Shown in pieces: positions 1 to 12,669 of a stretch of 64,000 nucleotides of DNA (the stretch's first letter is position 1; each line of letters begins with the position of its first letter). Made by a program: the position numbers and the translations under genes. Below the pieces are notes generated by a model. That model searched no databases. It had not been told where the DNA came from and saw only the letters and a program-made list of their open reading frames with translations. Source of the stretch: Octopus sinensis (lineage: Eukaryota); assembly GCF_006345805.1 (NCBI RefSeq), contig NW_021833454.1:1-64000 (forward strand). The letters run 5' to 3'.

Positions 1-8
1 TATGTATA

Positions 9-70
<62 letters not shown>

Positions 71-161
71 GTGTGTGTGTGTGTGTGTATTATGTATATG
101 TATATATATATATATATAGTTTGGCGGCGTTTGAATTGTACCAATGTCTCAAAACGTGTAA

Positions 162-460
162 TCTTTATATATAAAAGTAAGGTTGTGTGTCTGTCTCCTA
201 CGATTTAGATTCCTAACTACTCCCACATTTTGCGGTGCAGTTTAACCAAAAGCGGGTATCTTATAGTCGTGATTCATATCGAACCCTTTTGGGTATTAGC
301 GCGCGTCTACGATGAGTCTACGATTTAAAAAAAAATTTACCATCATTTTTTTTTCCATTTTTAATGCATATTTTTGGCTATTTTTTGGCTATAACTCTCT
401 AAAAATGCTTATATAGTTATTTCCCTTACAAACCCGAGCAACGCCGGGCGATACTGCTAG
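162..460 (+). mobile_element. Non-autonomous Helitron-type element (299 bp)
   Basis: Begins TC (A|TCTTTATATATAAAAG) and ends CTAG|T, so it sits between A and T with no TSD. GC hairpin CCCGAGCAACGCCGGG at 433-448 lies just upstream of the 3' end. These are canonical Helitron termini. Confidence 0.8.
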
Positions 461-983
461 TCATTTAATAATTTTGTAACAGGTTTATTAAAAATGCCAA
501 ACCGGTTTCGACAAACTTTTGTTCATTAATGGTAAATTTTAAGAAATGAATAAAGGATGCAGAAAAGATTAAAGTTACCAGGAAAAGTTGGAAAAACATG
601 CTTCAAAGATTGATAAACAAAAAATTGTCCAAACTGGTTCGGTTATTTTAATAAATCTGTCAAGGTAATGCTCCAGTATGGTCGCTGTCTAACGCCTGAA
701 ACAAGTGAAAGAGATATACATAAATACACAGTCACACACACACACACATGTTCAATATATGTAGGTACGTATGTGCTTGTGTGTATGAGTTAACATAGTT
801 GAGTGTGTATGTGTGTGTGTGTGTGGTGTGTGTGCGTGTGTGTGCGTGTGTGTGTGTGTGTGTGCATTTGTCTGCAAATATGGAAAACATTTCAAAAGTT
901 TAGCCAGATCAAGATACAAACATTTGTGTACATAGAAATAAGTCAAAACATATGGATACACACATGCCATGACATTTGTGTGT

Positions 984-1028
<45 letters not shown>

Positions 1029-1298
1029 GCTACCAGGAATGCCATATTTTAAAGTTGTACTCAACACAGATGCTGAGTAGAGGGAATATATTTATTAACA
1101 AAAGCTTACGCTTTGGTTTGACGCGCTGAGACTGACTTTGTTCCCCGTAAAACTCTCCCTAAGACTGCACAGTTAACAAATATTTACATGTATGCATGTA
1201 TGTATGTATGTATGATGTATATATGTCGATATGTATATATATGTAATATATATATGTATATATATATATGTAAATATATAAATATATAAATATATATA

Positions 1299-1353
<55 letters not shown>

Positions 1354-1435
1354 ATGTTATATATATAATGTAAATATATATATATATAAATATATATATA
1401 TATTATATATATGTATATATATGTATATTTATATC

Positions 1436-1482
<47 letters not shown>

Positions 1483-1504
1483 ATATATCTGTATATATGT
1501 ATAT

Positions 1505-1535
<31 letters not shown>

Positions 1536-1788
1536 TGTGTGGTGTAATTTTAAGTAAACAACAAATGTCTTACAGCAGTTATTTTTATTTTTCATTTCTC
1601 CATTTTTTTGTTTACTTTAAATTTGATTCCTGATAAACTCATGTTTATCTTTGTCATTACCTGTAATTTATGAGCATAATATGCTTGCGCATATGTATGT
1701 CCAGGGTTAACATAGGTAATTATACCGGTAGTATAATGGATACTTCTATCCCTAAGACGATTATTCCAACCTCTAACTCTACTAACCT

Positions 1789-1857
<69 letters not shown>

Positions 1858-1919
1858 TACGGAGATGTACTTGAATAGCAGTGACTTGATCTGAGATCGT
1901 GTGCTGGAACGAAAACAAT

Positions 1920-2180
1920 TGCAGCGTGGAAGGTGTTCATAAGCCATTTAAGAAACATACAAAACCATTACATTCACTTCAACATTTAAATTTAATTTGT
2001 CAAAATATGTTCGTCGCTTTGAGACCGCGACCTGTTCACTGACAAAACTTCGTGCTACAGTGAACAGGTCGCGGTCTCAAAGCGACGAAAATATTTTGGC
2101 AAATTAAATTTAAATGTTGAAGTGAATCTAACGGTTTTTGTGTGTTTCCTAAATGGCTTATAAACACCTTCCACGCTGCA
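1920..2180. mobile_element. Fold-back inverted pair of a Penelope-type terminal repeat
   Basis: Arms 1920-2041 and 2058-2180 are reverse complements with few mismatches and a 16-nt spacer. They contain a hammerhead-like fold. Confidence 0.7.
1996..2046 (-). ncRNA. Type I hammerhead-like motif with G3:C8 core swap
   Basis: Minus strand TTTGTCA-GTGAACA-G-GTCGC(GGTCTCAAA)GCGAC-GAAC-ATAT-TT-TGACAAA: 7-bp stem I, 5-bp stem II, palindromic stem III. The other arm has GAAA at the GAAC position. Confidence 0.55.
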
Positions 2181-2189
2181 TATATATAT

Positions 2190-2880
2190 GAATCCTCTTC
2201 GCCATTTTGTTTTCCTCTGGTGGTGCCTATCTTTTTATTATCTTCTGGAAGCAAGACAATGTCATTAGCAAAGTCCAGGTCTTTCAGTCAAATGTAGTTT
2301 TCATGATATTCCTCCATCGGGTATGTCTGCTATTTTCTTTGGGACGAAATCTACAGCTAGTAAAAACAATAGTGGCAACAGACTGCAGAGTTGTCTCACT
2401 CCTCTAATGATATCGAAGAAGACTGTTTCCCCTGTTTCTGTTTGGACACAACATCGCGAATTTGAGTAAAATTCTTTAAAGATATTGACAAAGGGTTAAA
2501 GGATATGATAGTGCAAAGCGATTCTCCACACTTTCAAGTGCCTTTGTAAAGTCAATAAAAGTTAGCTTCAGTAGTCTTTGATACTCAATACACTGTTCAA
2601 TAATATTTCTGAGTAGAGATTTACTCAGTGCAAAATGGATTGCTGCGAAATTCAGCTTGGGGCCTCACGAAATGCAGCTTCTTTCAGCCTGCTTAGATGC
2701 ACTTTGCAGAAAACTTTACCTGGCACTCATAGCAGTATGCTATCCGACCAGTTATTGCAGTTGGATAGGTCTCACTTCTTCGTCAGTTTCATAATGATTC
2801 CTTCTTGCCAATTCTGTGGCACCACAGTGTTCCCACCGCCTTCGAACTTTTCTACTGTGACCTCAATATACAAATCAACA
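2190..2880 (-). pseudogene. Decayed RTE-clade LINE reverse transcriptase remnant
   Basis: Minus-strand translation across stops and frameshifts: VPQNWQEGIIMKLTKK*DLSNCNNW...VPGKVFCK, LRNIIEQCIEYQRLLKLTFIDFTKALESV, GVRQLCSLLPLLFLL, KDLDFANDIVLL (RT motifs, FADD-like). Confidence 0.85.
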
Positions 2881-2994
2881 ACAACAGGCAAAGCGCCGAG
2901 GCTGTTGTTGGACCATTTGCATCGGCAGAGGGAACAAATGACTATGACAATGGAAGCCTACTACTTTTTTCTGTTGTATGAACGTCCTCAGCAT

Positions 2995-3345
2995 CGGAAA
3001 CACAACCATAAAAACGTTCAGAAGAAAACATGGAGATCGGTAAACGGAGTCTCCCAAAACGAGATTGACTCTATATGTATCAGTCAGCGCTGGAGATCAT
3101 CATTAAGTGATGCCAGGGCACACAGAGGTACAGACATACGATCAGACCATCAACTTCTGAATGCTAGAATAAGACCGAGATTTAAAAGACTATCAAAACA
3201 GGAGAAGAGACAGCCCTATACAATGGAGAAGTTGAATAACCCCGAAATGTCAGGGCAATATCAAATATGGAGGGACAGATTCCAACAAATCTAAGAAGCA
3301 GAACTCGATCTGGAGGAACATTGGAATACCTTCACAGAAACTGTG
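2995..3345 (+). pseudogene. RTE-clade LINE APE endonuclease C-terminal remnant
   Basis: HKNVQKKTWRSVNGVSQNEIDSICISQRWRSSLSDARAHRGTDIRSDHQLL matches the APE TW..NQID..SDH motifs of RTE elements. Confidence 0.85.
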
Positions 3346-3379
3346 ACATACATCAGATGATATATGTGTGTGTATATAT

Positions 3380-3688
3380 AATTCATAAATGAGGGCAAAG
3401 GAAAAAAATTCTAATGCCAAATATGCCGAAAAATTGGACATATTGTCCATTAACCATATATCTCATTTATTTCTTTTGCCACATGTATCACTGACGAAGA
3501 GAGGGCTCTTAGTAGCTAACTCTGAAATCGGTCCAATATGGTAATAATGGAATTTTTTAGAAATTTCTGTCAGCCTTTTTTCGAGTAGCGTGCGTATTGT
3601 GAAAAAATTATGTGGTTAATGGACAATATGTCCAATTTTTCGGCATATTTGGCATTAGAATTTTTTCCGTTGCCCTCATTTATGAATT
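3380..3688. mobile_element. Inverted pair of Penelope-type terminal repeat enclosing a degenerate hammerhead
   Basis: 3380-3456 is the reverse complement of 3613-3688. The spacer holds CTGACGA-AGAG..CTCT-GAAA-TCG-GTC at 3491-3533. Confidence 0.65.
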
Positions 3689-4012
3689 GTTTATAAATTT
3701 AACCGTTAAAAGGTATTTTTTAATATGCTGGCCATTGATAAAATTTTTTTCGAGAAAATATTTTTTTTAGAAAATAATTTTATCCTCACATTTGATATAT
3801 ATATATATATGATGGGGAAAGCAGGTATACGGTTGCTTAATACGAGTGGAATGGTCTTTCAATTTCCCCTAAGCGATTCATAAGTCGACTAAGGGATCTG
3901 CAAGGGATGCCTAGGTCATTGGAAGCCCTCTTTTTTTTTACATTAATGGAGAGTTTGAGCGAATATTTAAGCCACAAGCATTTCATTTCTGTATACCTGA
4001 TGTTACCCACCC

Positions 4013-4065
<53 letters not shown>

Positions 4066-5021
4066 TATGTATGTATGTATGTATGTATGTATACACATAT
4101 TTAAGATTAAGAATTGGAGTATTGCAATATATAAATGTAATGTTAAAAGATCTTTGAGCCATGCTGATGCGAAATGTCTTCGCTCCAGCATTGCTCTACC
4201 ACATAGCACCGCATTCAACCAAACATTGTGTGTCAGAATGTACAAGCTGCTGGTTGAGCAGACGACATATTCTGGTGACAGAATCTATCTGCTGACCTTA
4301 AACTATTAAACAGCAAATGTAAATATCACAAAGAGACCCTCTGCGTGGACATGCAGTGTGGTAGAAATAGTAATGAAATATCGTTCATACCTTACTATCT
4401 TTAATAAAAGTGAAAGAAAGACATCATGACTTTTATAATCTGTGTTTATGAATGTTTGAAAAGACAGGATAGTGAAAGGCAAGAATGCTTTTGATCATAG
4501 GTCTGCTCGACCTAAGCTGACCCGGGGTTAAACTGTCACATCCACAACAACCAGTTATAGGGTTTACCCAAATAAATAAATGACTGAAACTGTTCGCCAC
4601 CAACAACAAGACCAACAATAACGACTGAAATATTGTAAACAACATTGAATATAACAGGAAAATAAACGAACAAAAGTTTTGGGATTTTTTAAAAGCAAAC
4701 AGGAAAGAGAAAAAATACGAGATAGATAGATAGATACACATAGAGAGAGGGGGAAAGAGAGAGTGTATGCGTATTTGTGTCTGACAAAAGGAACGAAAAG
4801 GGAGAAAGAGAGTGGGGGATAAGGCAGAGAAAATGGGAGCCAGTTCCATATTTTTTGGGTGTTTATTTATTTATTTTTTTCTGTGTTCTGCCAGAAATAT
4901 TTGCATTGGTTGTTCTGATTAAATAGGCAACAACAAATAAGGGGAAGTCGTGACATTTTTACGCCACCAGCTCGTTCTTTTAAACTTCAATACTCTTTGT
5001 TTGTCTATCGTGACGGGCTTA

Positions 5022-5042
5022 AATATGGCGGCCGTTACGTCA
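5022..5042 (+). promoter_or_regulatory. YY1-like motif adjacent to an ATF/CRE-like site
   Basis: AATATGGCGGC fits AANATGGCGGC. TTACGTCA at 5035-5042. Local CpG enrichment. Motif match only. Confidence 0.25.
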
Positions 5043-5847
5043 TACCGATCAACATTTCACCTGCAGTCGCTTTCTTGTTCTTCTTCTTCTTGTTCTTCTT
5101 GTTGTTGTTGTTCTTCTTCTTCTTCTTGTTCTTCTTCTTCTTCTTCTTTCTTCGTCTTCTTTCTTCTTCTTCTTCTTTCTTCTTCTTCTCTTCTTCTTAT
5201 TTGTCTTCTTCTTCTTCTTCTCCTTCTATTTTCTCGCTATTTATTTACATTAATCTACCTGTTAGGTTTAGCCATAAGACCAATATTTACCAGTCCCTAA
5301 TTCCTAACTTATATCTTAGACGCCATAATGTTTAACACGAAACAGGTCACTTGTCTTCCAGTATGGGATAAAAGTGTATCTGTCGTCCAGTGGTTCTGTG
5401 ATAAACATAATACACACGTTTATAAAAGTATGCAACTCCCTCTAGCAGAGTTATATTCATCTCGCACGAAACCTTTTCTTCAAAACCCATTTAGAATTCG
5501 GGTCCGCTTTCATTCTAGTCAGTGATTCTCAAATTACTATCATTATACTTACTAAGAAACCTTTGCTATGTGCGGATAACTTTTATTTTTAAGTTAATGT
5601 CGTGACCAAATATTGTTTGATAACATTATGGGTTCCTATGATGGAGATGAAATTTGCAAATCAATCGGACTCTATATTCTAATTTTATTTCTGTGTTTCA
5701 GCCCAGCAGAGGTCGACCGTAGCTGTGAATGCTTGCTACTGTTGATACTTTCTTACTTGTAGTTCATTCATTGTCCTGTGGCCTTTCCTGCTACTCCGTC
5801 GCACACCAGCAATAACTCTCCTAACTAAGACACCTACTGCTGCTGCT

Positions 5848-6219
5848 GTGCTGTTGAGCGAACGGTCTTCGTCCCAGAGCTCGCAAGATGGGAGAAGTCC
5901 GAAACGTGGTCCTTTGCTATTCGTAAGACCCGCAGAAGAGAAAGCAGATCAACCCCCGACACCGAGAGCATCGACGGATGGATGAATGCGCATCCAGGCT
6001 CAGCGGTTGCGTAGGAAGTGGGGGACAAGAAACAGGAAGAAAGAGTGAGAGAAAGTTGGAACGAAAGAGTACAACAGGGGTCGCCACCACCCCGTGCCGA
6101 AACCTCGTGGAGCTTTAGGTGTTTTCGCTCAATAAACACACACAACGCCCGGTCTGGGAATCGAAACCGCGATCCTTCGACCGCGAGTCCGCTGCCCTAA
6201 CCACTGGGCTATTGCGCCT
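5848..6219 (-). mobile_element. tRNA-derived SINE with 15-bp TSD
   Basis: Head GGCGCAATAGCCCAGTGGTTAGG (A box) ... GGTTTCGATTCCC (B box). CCTACTGCTGCTGCT is duplicated at 5833-5847 and 6220-6234. Confidence 0.8.
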
Positions 6220-6599
6220 CCTACTGCTGCTGCTTATGACACACCACGTTCAACTCCTGATGCTGTCTATCGTTACCACTCACAACAGTTGATGCAGGAA
6301 TCCATCGATACTTTCCGTCACAACAATGGATTACTGCCAATGATACTTTTTCTCCGAATTTTTGGGATAACGGGAAACTTACCTGAAATATTATAGAAGC
6401 ATTGAACAACAATAGCTTGTTTCTTTCTTATTTATTGGCATCGCCTTACATATTTTATCCAACTTCTCACTCGAATTGCTTAAAGCTCTTAAAAATATTT
6501 ATAGCAGTTTCTTAATTTTATGTAATGCGATTCATCATAAAAGAGTTACTGTTCAAAGAAGTCCCGTCAATATATTGAAACAATTAGAATTAAAGAATA

Positions 6600-6824
6600 T
6601 ACGAAAAGTTTAGTGGCCGATTATGAAGGAGGGACGCTGGAGCTGTAAAATCTTGCATGCATTAATTTCAATGCTTCTTATTAATCACTGCATTGTTTCT
6701 TTCCAGATAAACTGATTTCTGACCGTCCGAAGAAGCCTTGAAAATGAGCAAAATTTGTCATCGTGCTGCTATCAAATACCTACATAAAAATGCTTCAGTC
6801 CCCGACAATATTCACACCGACATG
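6600..6824 (+). mobile_element. Mariner 5' fragment
   Basis: MSKICHRAAIKYLHKNASVPDNIHTDM from 6744 resembles a mariner N-terminus. The upstream sequence recurs inverted at about 26390-26470. Confidence 0.55.
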
Positions 6825-7212
6825 AACTTTCCTGTCTACCCTCATAGTAGATACTCCTTGGTCAAATTCTCCGATACTAATTTAGATTTAACTACTGGTA
6901 AATAGTTCTTTTATTGGTAGACCTAACGGGAAACTCACAGTGAGGTAAACAACAAGTATTGGTAAGGTACCGTAAATATGCGAGTACCAAATCCAATTTA
7001 AACCACAGATTCGACTCTGGGGTTGGTCCTTGGTGTGACGTAGGTATAAAATGTAAACACAAATGGCATTTAAAATTTACAACAGCTGTTTTGGTAGAAT
7101 TTTATTCATGCATTCATAGAAAATTGCGTCATTACATAACATCTACCATCAGGTAAAATTTTAAAACGGTAAAAGATTTTAAACAGGTGAGATATTTTTA
7201 AATCGATATTAT

Positions 7213-7257
<45 letters not shown>

Positions 7258-7634
7258 AACAGATATAGATACATACACACACACACACACACGTGTGTGT
7301 GTGTGTGTGTGTATCTGTTTATGCAGTTATTGACTTATTTCATTCATTAATTTGTATCACTCACACATATGTTTGTAATCATTTAATAAATAGAGACAAT
7401 CGAATGTTTACTAACTGATGTTTGTCCTCTCCATTTTCTTATTTGCTGTATAAATCCCGGGTAAATTTCTAATTTACCCCCACCCATACCTAATACTCAA
7501 TTGCAATATTGCCATGCAATAGTAAGCACTTGGCTATAAACACTTATGTACACATCCAGTAGTATATTGGATATTTAATATCCCTTAGACGGTTTCTTAA
7601 CCTCTAACTCATACAGAAATATAAATACATATAT

Positions 7635-8300
7635 ACACGAGGGAGTACCCAAAAGTAACCGGAAACGTTCTCTGTGGGACAAGCCCGTTGTAATTCAGGC
7701 TCCTGCCGCTAGAAACCACTTGATGCGGCCTTCAGGCATCAGTCTGCCGATCGACGTCATCCGGTGGAGTCGTACTGCAACGTGGGGCGTCTTTGTTTTG
7801 CAGCGCTTTTCCCCAGTTCTTCGATTTTTGCAATGGCTGAAACGAAGGAACAGGGTGCTTCCGTGAAATTGCGTTTTCTGCTGGGGAAAACAGCGGCCGA
7901 AACAGTTGTCCTACTTTAAACAGCTTATAATGACTCTGCCATGAGCAAAACACAAGTTTACGAGTGATTTTCACGCTTTAGGAATGGTTAGTTGTCGCTT
8001 GAAGACCAACCTTGTTCAGGAACGCCGTCGACTTGCCGAACGAACGAAAAGACCATGAAAAGTCATCGTGGAGGATCACCACCGAACAACTGACGAGCTT
8101 GTTGGTATGACTGGTGTGTCCTGGGGCTCCTGCCAACGAATTTTGAGCGAGGAATTGCGAATGAAAGGATTACAGCAAAATTTGTACCTCGCTTGCTCAC
8201 AGAAGACCAAAAGCAGTCACGACTGAATGCGGGTCGTGAAGTTGATGCGGACCTTTTTTTGAAGGTCATCACTGATAACGAAAGCTGGTACTACGGAATT
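7635..8300 (+). mobile_element. 3'-truncated mariner (decayed transposase)
   Basis: TA then TIR-like CACGAGGGAGTACCCAAAAGTAACCGGAA. ORF from 7833: MAETKEQ...MSKTQVYE*FSRFRNG...EDQPCSGTPST, FVPRLLTEDQK, KVITDNESW. Confidence 0.85.
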
Positions 8301-9009
8301 TGAAGATGTGGAAGAGGTGGACTGAAGTCGAAAAGACGAGGCTGCAAAGCGAACTTCTAAACAAAACACTCATGACACTGCGCACCATATACACGTGTGT
8401 GCGTGCGTTTCTGGGTGCGCGTGTGTGTGTGCCTTGGTGCGTGTGTGTGTGTGTGTAACTATGGATAGATAGAGAGAGAAGGAGAGAAAGAGACTGAAAG
8501 AGAGAGGGAGAAGGAGAGAAAGAGAGAAAGAAACTGAAAGAGAGAGAGAGAGAGAAAAGAGAGTGAAGTCTAAAGGCAGATGGCTAGATACATAGAGATG
8601 ATGAGAGGGATCGAGAGAGAAACGTAGAGACAGAGAGAGAAATACAGACAGACAGAAGGCAGACAGATAAACAGACAGACAGATAGTAAGAATCGTCAAA
8701 GATTGCAGCCGACCCCGTTCTTACATTGATGTATACAAACACCCCAAGCATCTACTACAATGACTCACCTTCAGAATCTGTGTGCAATATATATACACAC
8801 CCTGATGCCTGTATATATTTCACACCCTGATGTTTACACACAATTCTAGCTGAATCTACAACTTTCGCTGCTCCACCCTTTCTCCTCCACTCCGTCTGTC
8901 TGCTGGTCCACCCAGTTGTCAAGCTACCCTACATCTATCTGTCACATAGTCTCTCTCTTCTCTCTCCCCCTCGCTCACTCTTCCCTACCTCTCTATCTAT
9001 CTATCTGTC

Positions 9010-9082
9010 TGTCTGTCTATCTATCTACATCTGTCTCCTTTTATCCTTTCTTCTCTATCAATCTATCTATCTATCTATCTAC

Positions 9083-9144
<62 letters not shown>

Positions 9145-9170
9145 GTCTATCTATCTATCTATCTATCTAG

Positions 9171-9208
<38 letters not shown>

Positions 9209-9215
9209 GTTTGTC
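9010..9215. repeat. (CTAT)n microsatellite
   Basis: Long CTAT tandem tract. Confidence 0.95.
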
Positions 9216-9342
9216 TACATCTATCTACCTATCTATTTTTCTTTCCTTTTCTCTAGCTCAGTTTTCATGTCTCTCTATCTTTCTCTATACTCTACCCTTC
9301 ATTTATTACATTTTCTCTGTTTTTTCGTTAACTACCTCCTCT

Positions 9343-9400
<58 letters not shown>

Positions 9401-9859
9401 ACCAAAACATCATGGCTATAACTCGTTGGTGTAACCCGATGTTCTGGTGATCTGATGAACCAACTTTCTTTATCTGCACTGGTTTGTGAATATACATTTG
9501 CATTCCATAAGGCATTTCTCTGAAATTATTGCTTCACGAAGAAGGCTACGAAACGCCTGTAACCCTAAATATATCAAATGGTTAAATAAATATAATCACG
9601 TCTCACACCTCCTCACTTTTTATGAGTAACACACACACATACATACACACATACATACATACACACATGGTGGCTGCCCCCTCGTTATCGAGTATGGCCA
9701 TTGCACGAAGCTTAATCAATGTTGTTATCATGCAATGCCTGTGCAAGAAGATTTTTTTTAAGTGAGGAAAAGCTGTGCACTGAGTCAATTCCACTCACTA
9801 AGCAACAGCAGCCATAATCCGAAAAGAAGAACAAGTCAACATCATCGGTAACCACTGAG

Positions 9860-10170
9860 CCTCAGGTTACCTTCTCCTAGAAGGATGCCCTAACAAAGGC
9901 TAGGAGTCCTTCACTCCCAATGGTTTAACCGCGCGATCGGGTATTCAGTCCGATTATTTCTATGCCCCCACGCATGATACAGCCTTAAGAAATTTATTGG
10001 ATGGTCGTTGACTCTCAAGAGTTCCTCCGCCCTTTGTTTTTCATTCCGCAGAGTGTCCAATAAACACCCTCCTCACCAAGCAAGCTTGGTAGGGTTGCCA
10101 GTTTAGTCGCCGACGACCCGACCTTGCAACAGGTTGTACTGGGTTACATGTTACCGTTAGCACTCGAAAG
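9860..10170 (-). mobile_element. Probable RTE-type LINE 5' UTR fragment
   Basis: Minus strand contains GGGCATCCTTCTAGGAGAAGG, resembling an RTE 5' UTR motif from recall. No ORF. Confidence 0.35.
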
Positions 10171-10314
10171 TGACCTAACATACATACATACATACATACA
10201 TACATACATACATACATACATGCATACATACATACATACATATGTACATACATACGTATGTATGAGAAGACACATTGCGGAACTGTTATTTTAACGAGCT
10301 ATACTATTTATCAC

Positions 10315-10387
10315 CCGAAGAGACACTCCTGAGTCAGTTGTTAAGTATCCTGCCCGCGAGGGATCGATACTAGATGTGTCGAAACAT
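10315..10387 (+). ncRNA. Degenerate hammerhead-like motif (CCGAAGA core)
   Basis: CCGAAGA-GACAC...GTGTC-GAAA-CAT with a 5-bp stem II. Stem III and stem I are lost into the (CATA)n tract. Confidence 0.4.
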
Positions 10388-10860
10388 ACATACATACATA
10401 GTTTGTTGGGTCTGGAGTAAGGTGTAGTTCCAAACGCTGTCGCAAGACCCCAAGACCAGTGAAATTGGTGCTATCAACATTGAAATCCTTGCACAAAAGA
10501 CATGAACATAGAAGGAACACTACAAGACCGATTTTCAGATTCTAAACCAGGAGCATAGCGATCGGTGCTTAGCCAATGGAATTGGCGCTACTCGTCTTCC
10601 TCTTTCTTGTCGCAACAAGGGTGACGAGAGAAGAAAGGTGTAGCGGACTAAGAATGAATAAATGAATATACTACGTGTTAAACGAACACAAGAAGCTCTA
10701 AGAACTCACTCTAAAGCAGTGGTTTCCAACGATCTTTTTAGCTACGAAACCCTTTTGGTTCCTAATCTAATCGGTTGGACCCTCATAGACATTCGATGTT
10801 TTAAAAAATCACATATTTTTATGATTAAATATTAATAAAAAGACACCCTTCGGACATAAA

Positions 10861-11162
10861 TGACCATGGGATTGCACCAAGTAAGTTCCTCTCAGGGCAA
10901 GGTTGTTTGTGGAAGACCAGCAATCACCCATGCATACCAGCCTCACCTCTCCACGCCACCGATGTTATCCGAGGGAAAGGCAAAGGCCGATACAGCTTGA
11001 GACCAGTGACGTTGCAACTCGTATCTACAGCTGAGTGAACTGAAGCAACATGAAATAAAGTGTCTTGCTCAAGAGCACAATACACAGCTCGGTCCGGGAA
11101 TCAAACTCATTACTTCATGATTGTGAGCTCGACGCTTTAGCCACTGAGCCATGTACCCTCAC
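10861..11162 (-). mobile_element. tRNA-derived SINE (CORE-like body)
   Basis: Head TGGCTCAGTGGCTAAAG ... GAGTTTGATTCCC followed by TTGAGCAAGACACTTTA. Confidence 0.75.
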
Positions 11163-11586
11163 AAATATTAATAGGAATTGTATTAAAAAATTGTTAAATA
11201 TTTTGTGTATTGTAAAAGTATAAACAATTTATTGAAGGTAAATTTTAAGAAAATCTTATATGAATCCCTAAGGACCATATCGATTGTCATGACCCATGTA
11301 GACCCACAAGGGCCATATGGATCCCCAAAGGCCATATCGACTGTCAAGGGCCATATGGACTGTCAAGGACCATATTGACAGTCAAGGTCCGTGTAGACCC
11401 ACAAGCGGGAACAGGGGATGCAAGGGTCACAGGTGCATCCCCTAAAATTTTTGGTAGACAATGAAAACATTTTGAAGGTCCTAGGTTGGACTTAGGTTTG
11501 TACCCCTAAGTAAATTTCGTTCCCCCGCTTATGACCATTTAGCAAAGTAAATGTTTGTATGTGTGTGTGTGTGTGTGTGTGTGTAT

Positions 11587-11665
<79 letters not shown>

Positions 11666-11956
11666 CGTGCGTGATTGTATGCGAATAACAACTATAAAAG
11701 TAGCCTATATCTTCATTCAAACTTACTGTAGTTAATTGAAGAAGAAGCAGATGTATACAGGGCTTTCAATGTTGTCGTATATATACATTCATCACTATAC
11801 ACCCGTCTCTCTACACCCTCCTGCTTCTTCTCTATCTTGACCTTGTCTATTGTTTAAAAATAACACAAAACTAAAACAGTTGGAGGAAATGTGTAAACAT
11901 TAACATTCCACCGAGAAAAATAAATGGATGGAATATGAGTGCGTGCATATATATAC

Positions 11957-12052
<96 letters not shown>

Positions 12053-12308
12053 GTATACACATATATTCATACTTACATAATAAATACATACATACATACA
12101 TACATATATATACAACACACACACATATATACATATATATATACATATATCTATACAAACACACAATTATTTATGTGTATGTATTTAATGTAGGTATAAA
12201 TGTATGTATGTATGTATGTATGTATGTATGTATGTATGTATGTATGTATGTATGTATGTGTATATATATTTCCGGGAATCTATGATAAAGGGTATGTATT
12301 CATGTATC

Positions 12309-12354
<46 letters not shown>

Positions 12355-12362
12355 TGTATGTA

Positions 12363-12560
12363 TTCTTTTATTCTTTTACTTGTTTCAGTCATCTGACTGC
12401 GGCCATGCTGGAGCACCGCCTTTTGTAGAACGAATCAACCCCAGGACTTATTCTTTGTAACCCTAGTACTTATTCTATCGGTCTCCTTCGCCGAACCGCT
12501 AGGTTACGGGAAGGTAAACACACCAACACTGGTTGCCAGGCGATGGTGGGGGGACAACCA
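12363..12560 (-). mobile_element. SINE 3' half (family with internal microsatellite)
   Basis: Matches the tail of the family also seen at about 16067, 21974, 23965, 25341, 27183, 35208, 43124 and 45655. Confidence 0.75.
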
Positions 12561-12669
12561 AAGATACACAAACATATATATATATATATAGAGAGAGAGG
12601 GAGAGAGAGAGAGTGAGAGAGGGGGAGATAGATAGATAGATAGATAGATATTGGCACTTATGTAAAATT

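Noticed and set aside
497-532. Degenerate hammerhead-like motif on the minus strand (TTAATGA...GAAACCGGTT)
   Set aside because: Two core substitutions and only a 3-bp stem I; too decayed to call.
6140-6221. tRNA-like sequences (many SINE heads)
   Set aside because: A and B boxes are present, but they continue into SINE bodies and lack a full acceptor stem.
7256-7320. Small (CA)n(TG)n palindrome with 11-bp inverted flanks
   Set aside because: Mostly simple repeat and too short to separate from microsatellite turnover.
9531-9565. Hammerhead-like remnants here and at 40991-41025 (same family)
   Set aside because: Core and stem II are incomplete in both copies; probably Penelope-derived but not callable.
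11270-11410. Short degenerate 19-20-bp repeats (AAGGGCCATATGGACTGTC-like) near a hAT-like end at 10757
   Set aside because: Probably subterminal repeats of a decayed MITE; matching TIR and TSD were not found.
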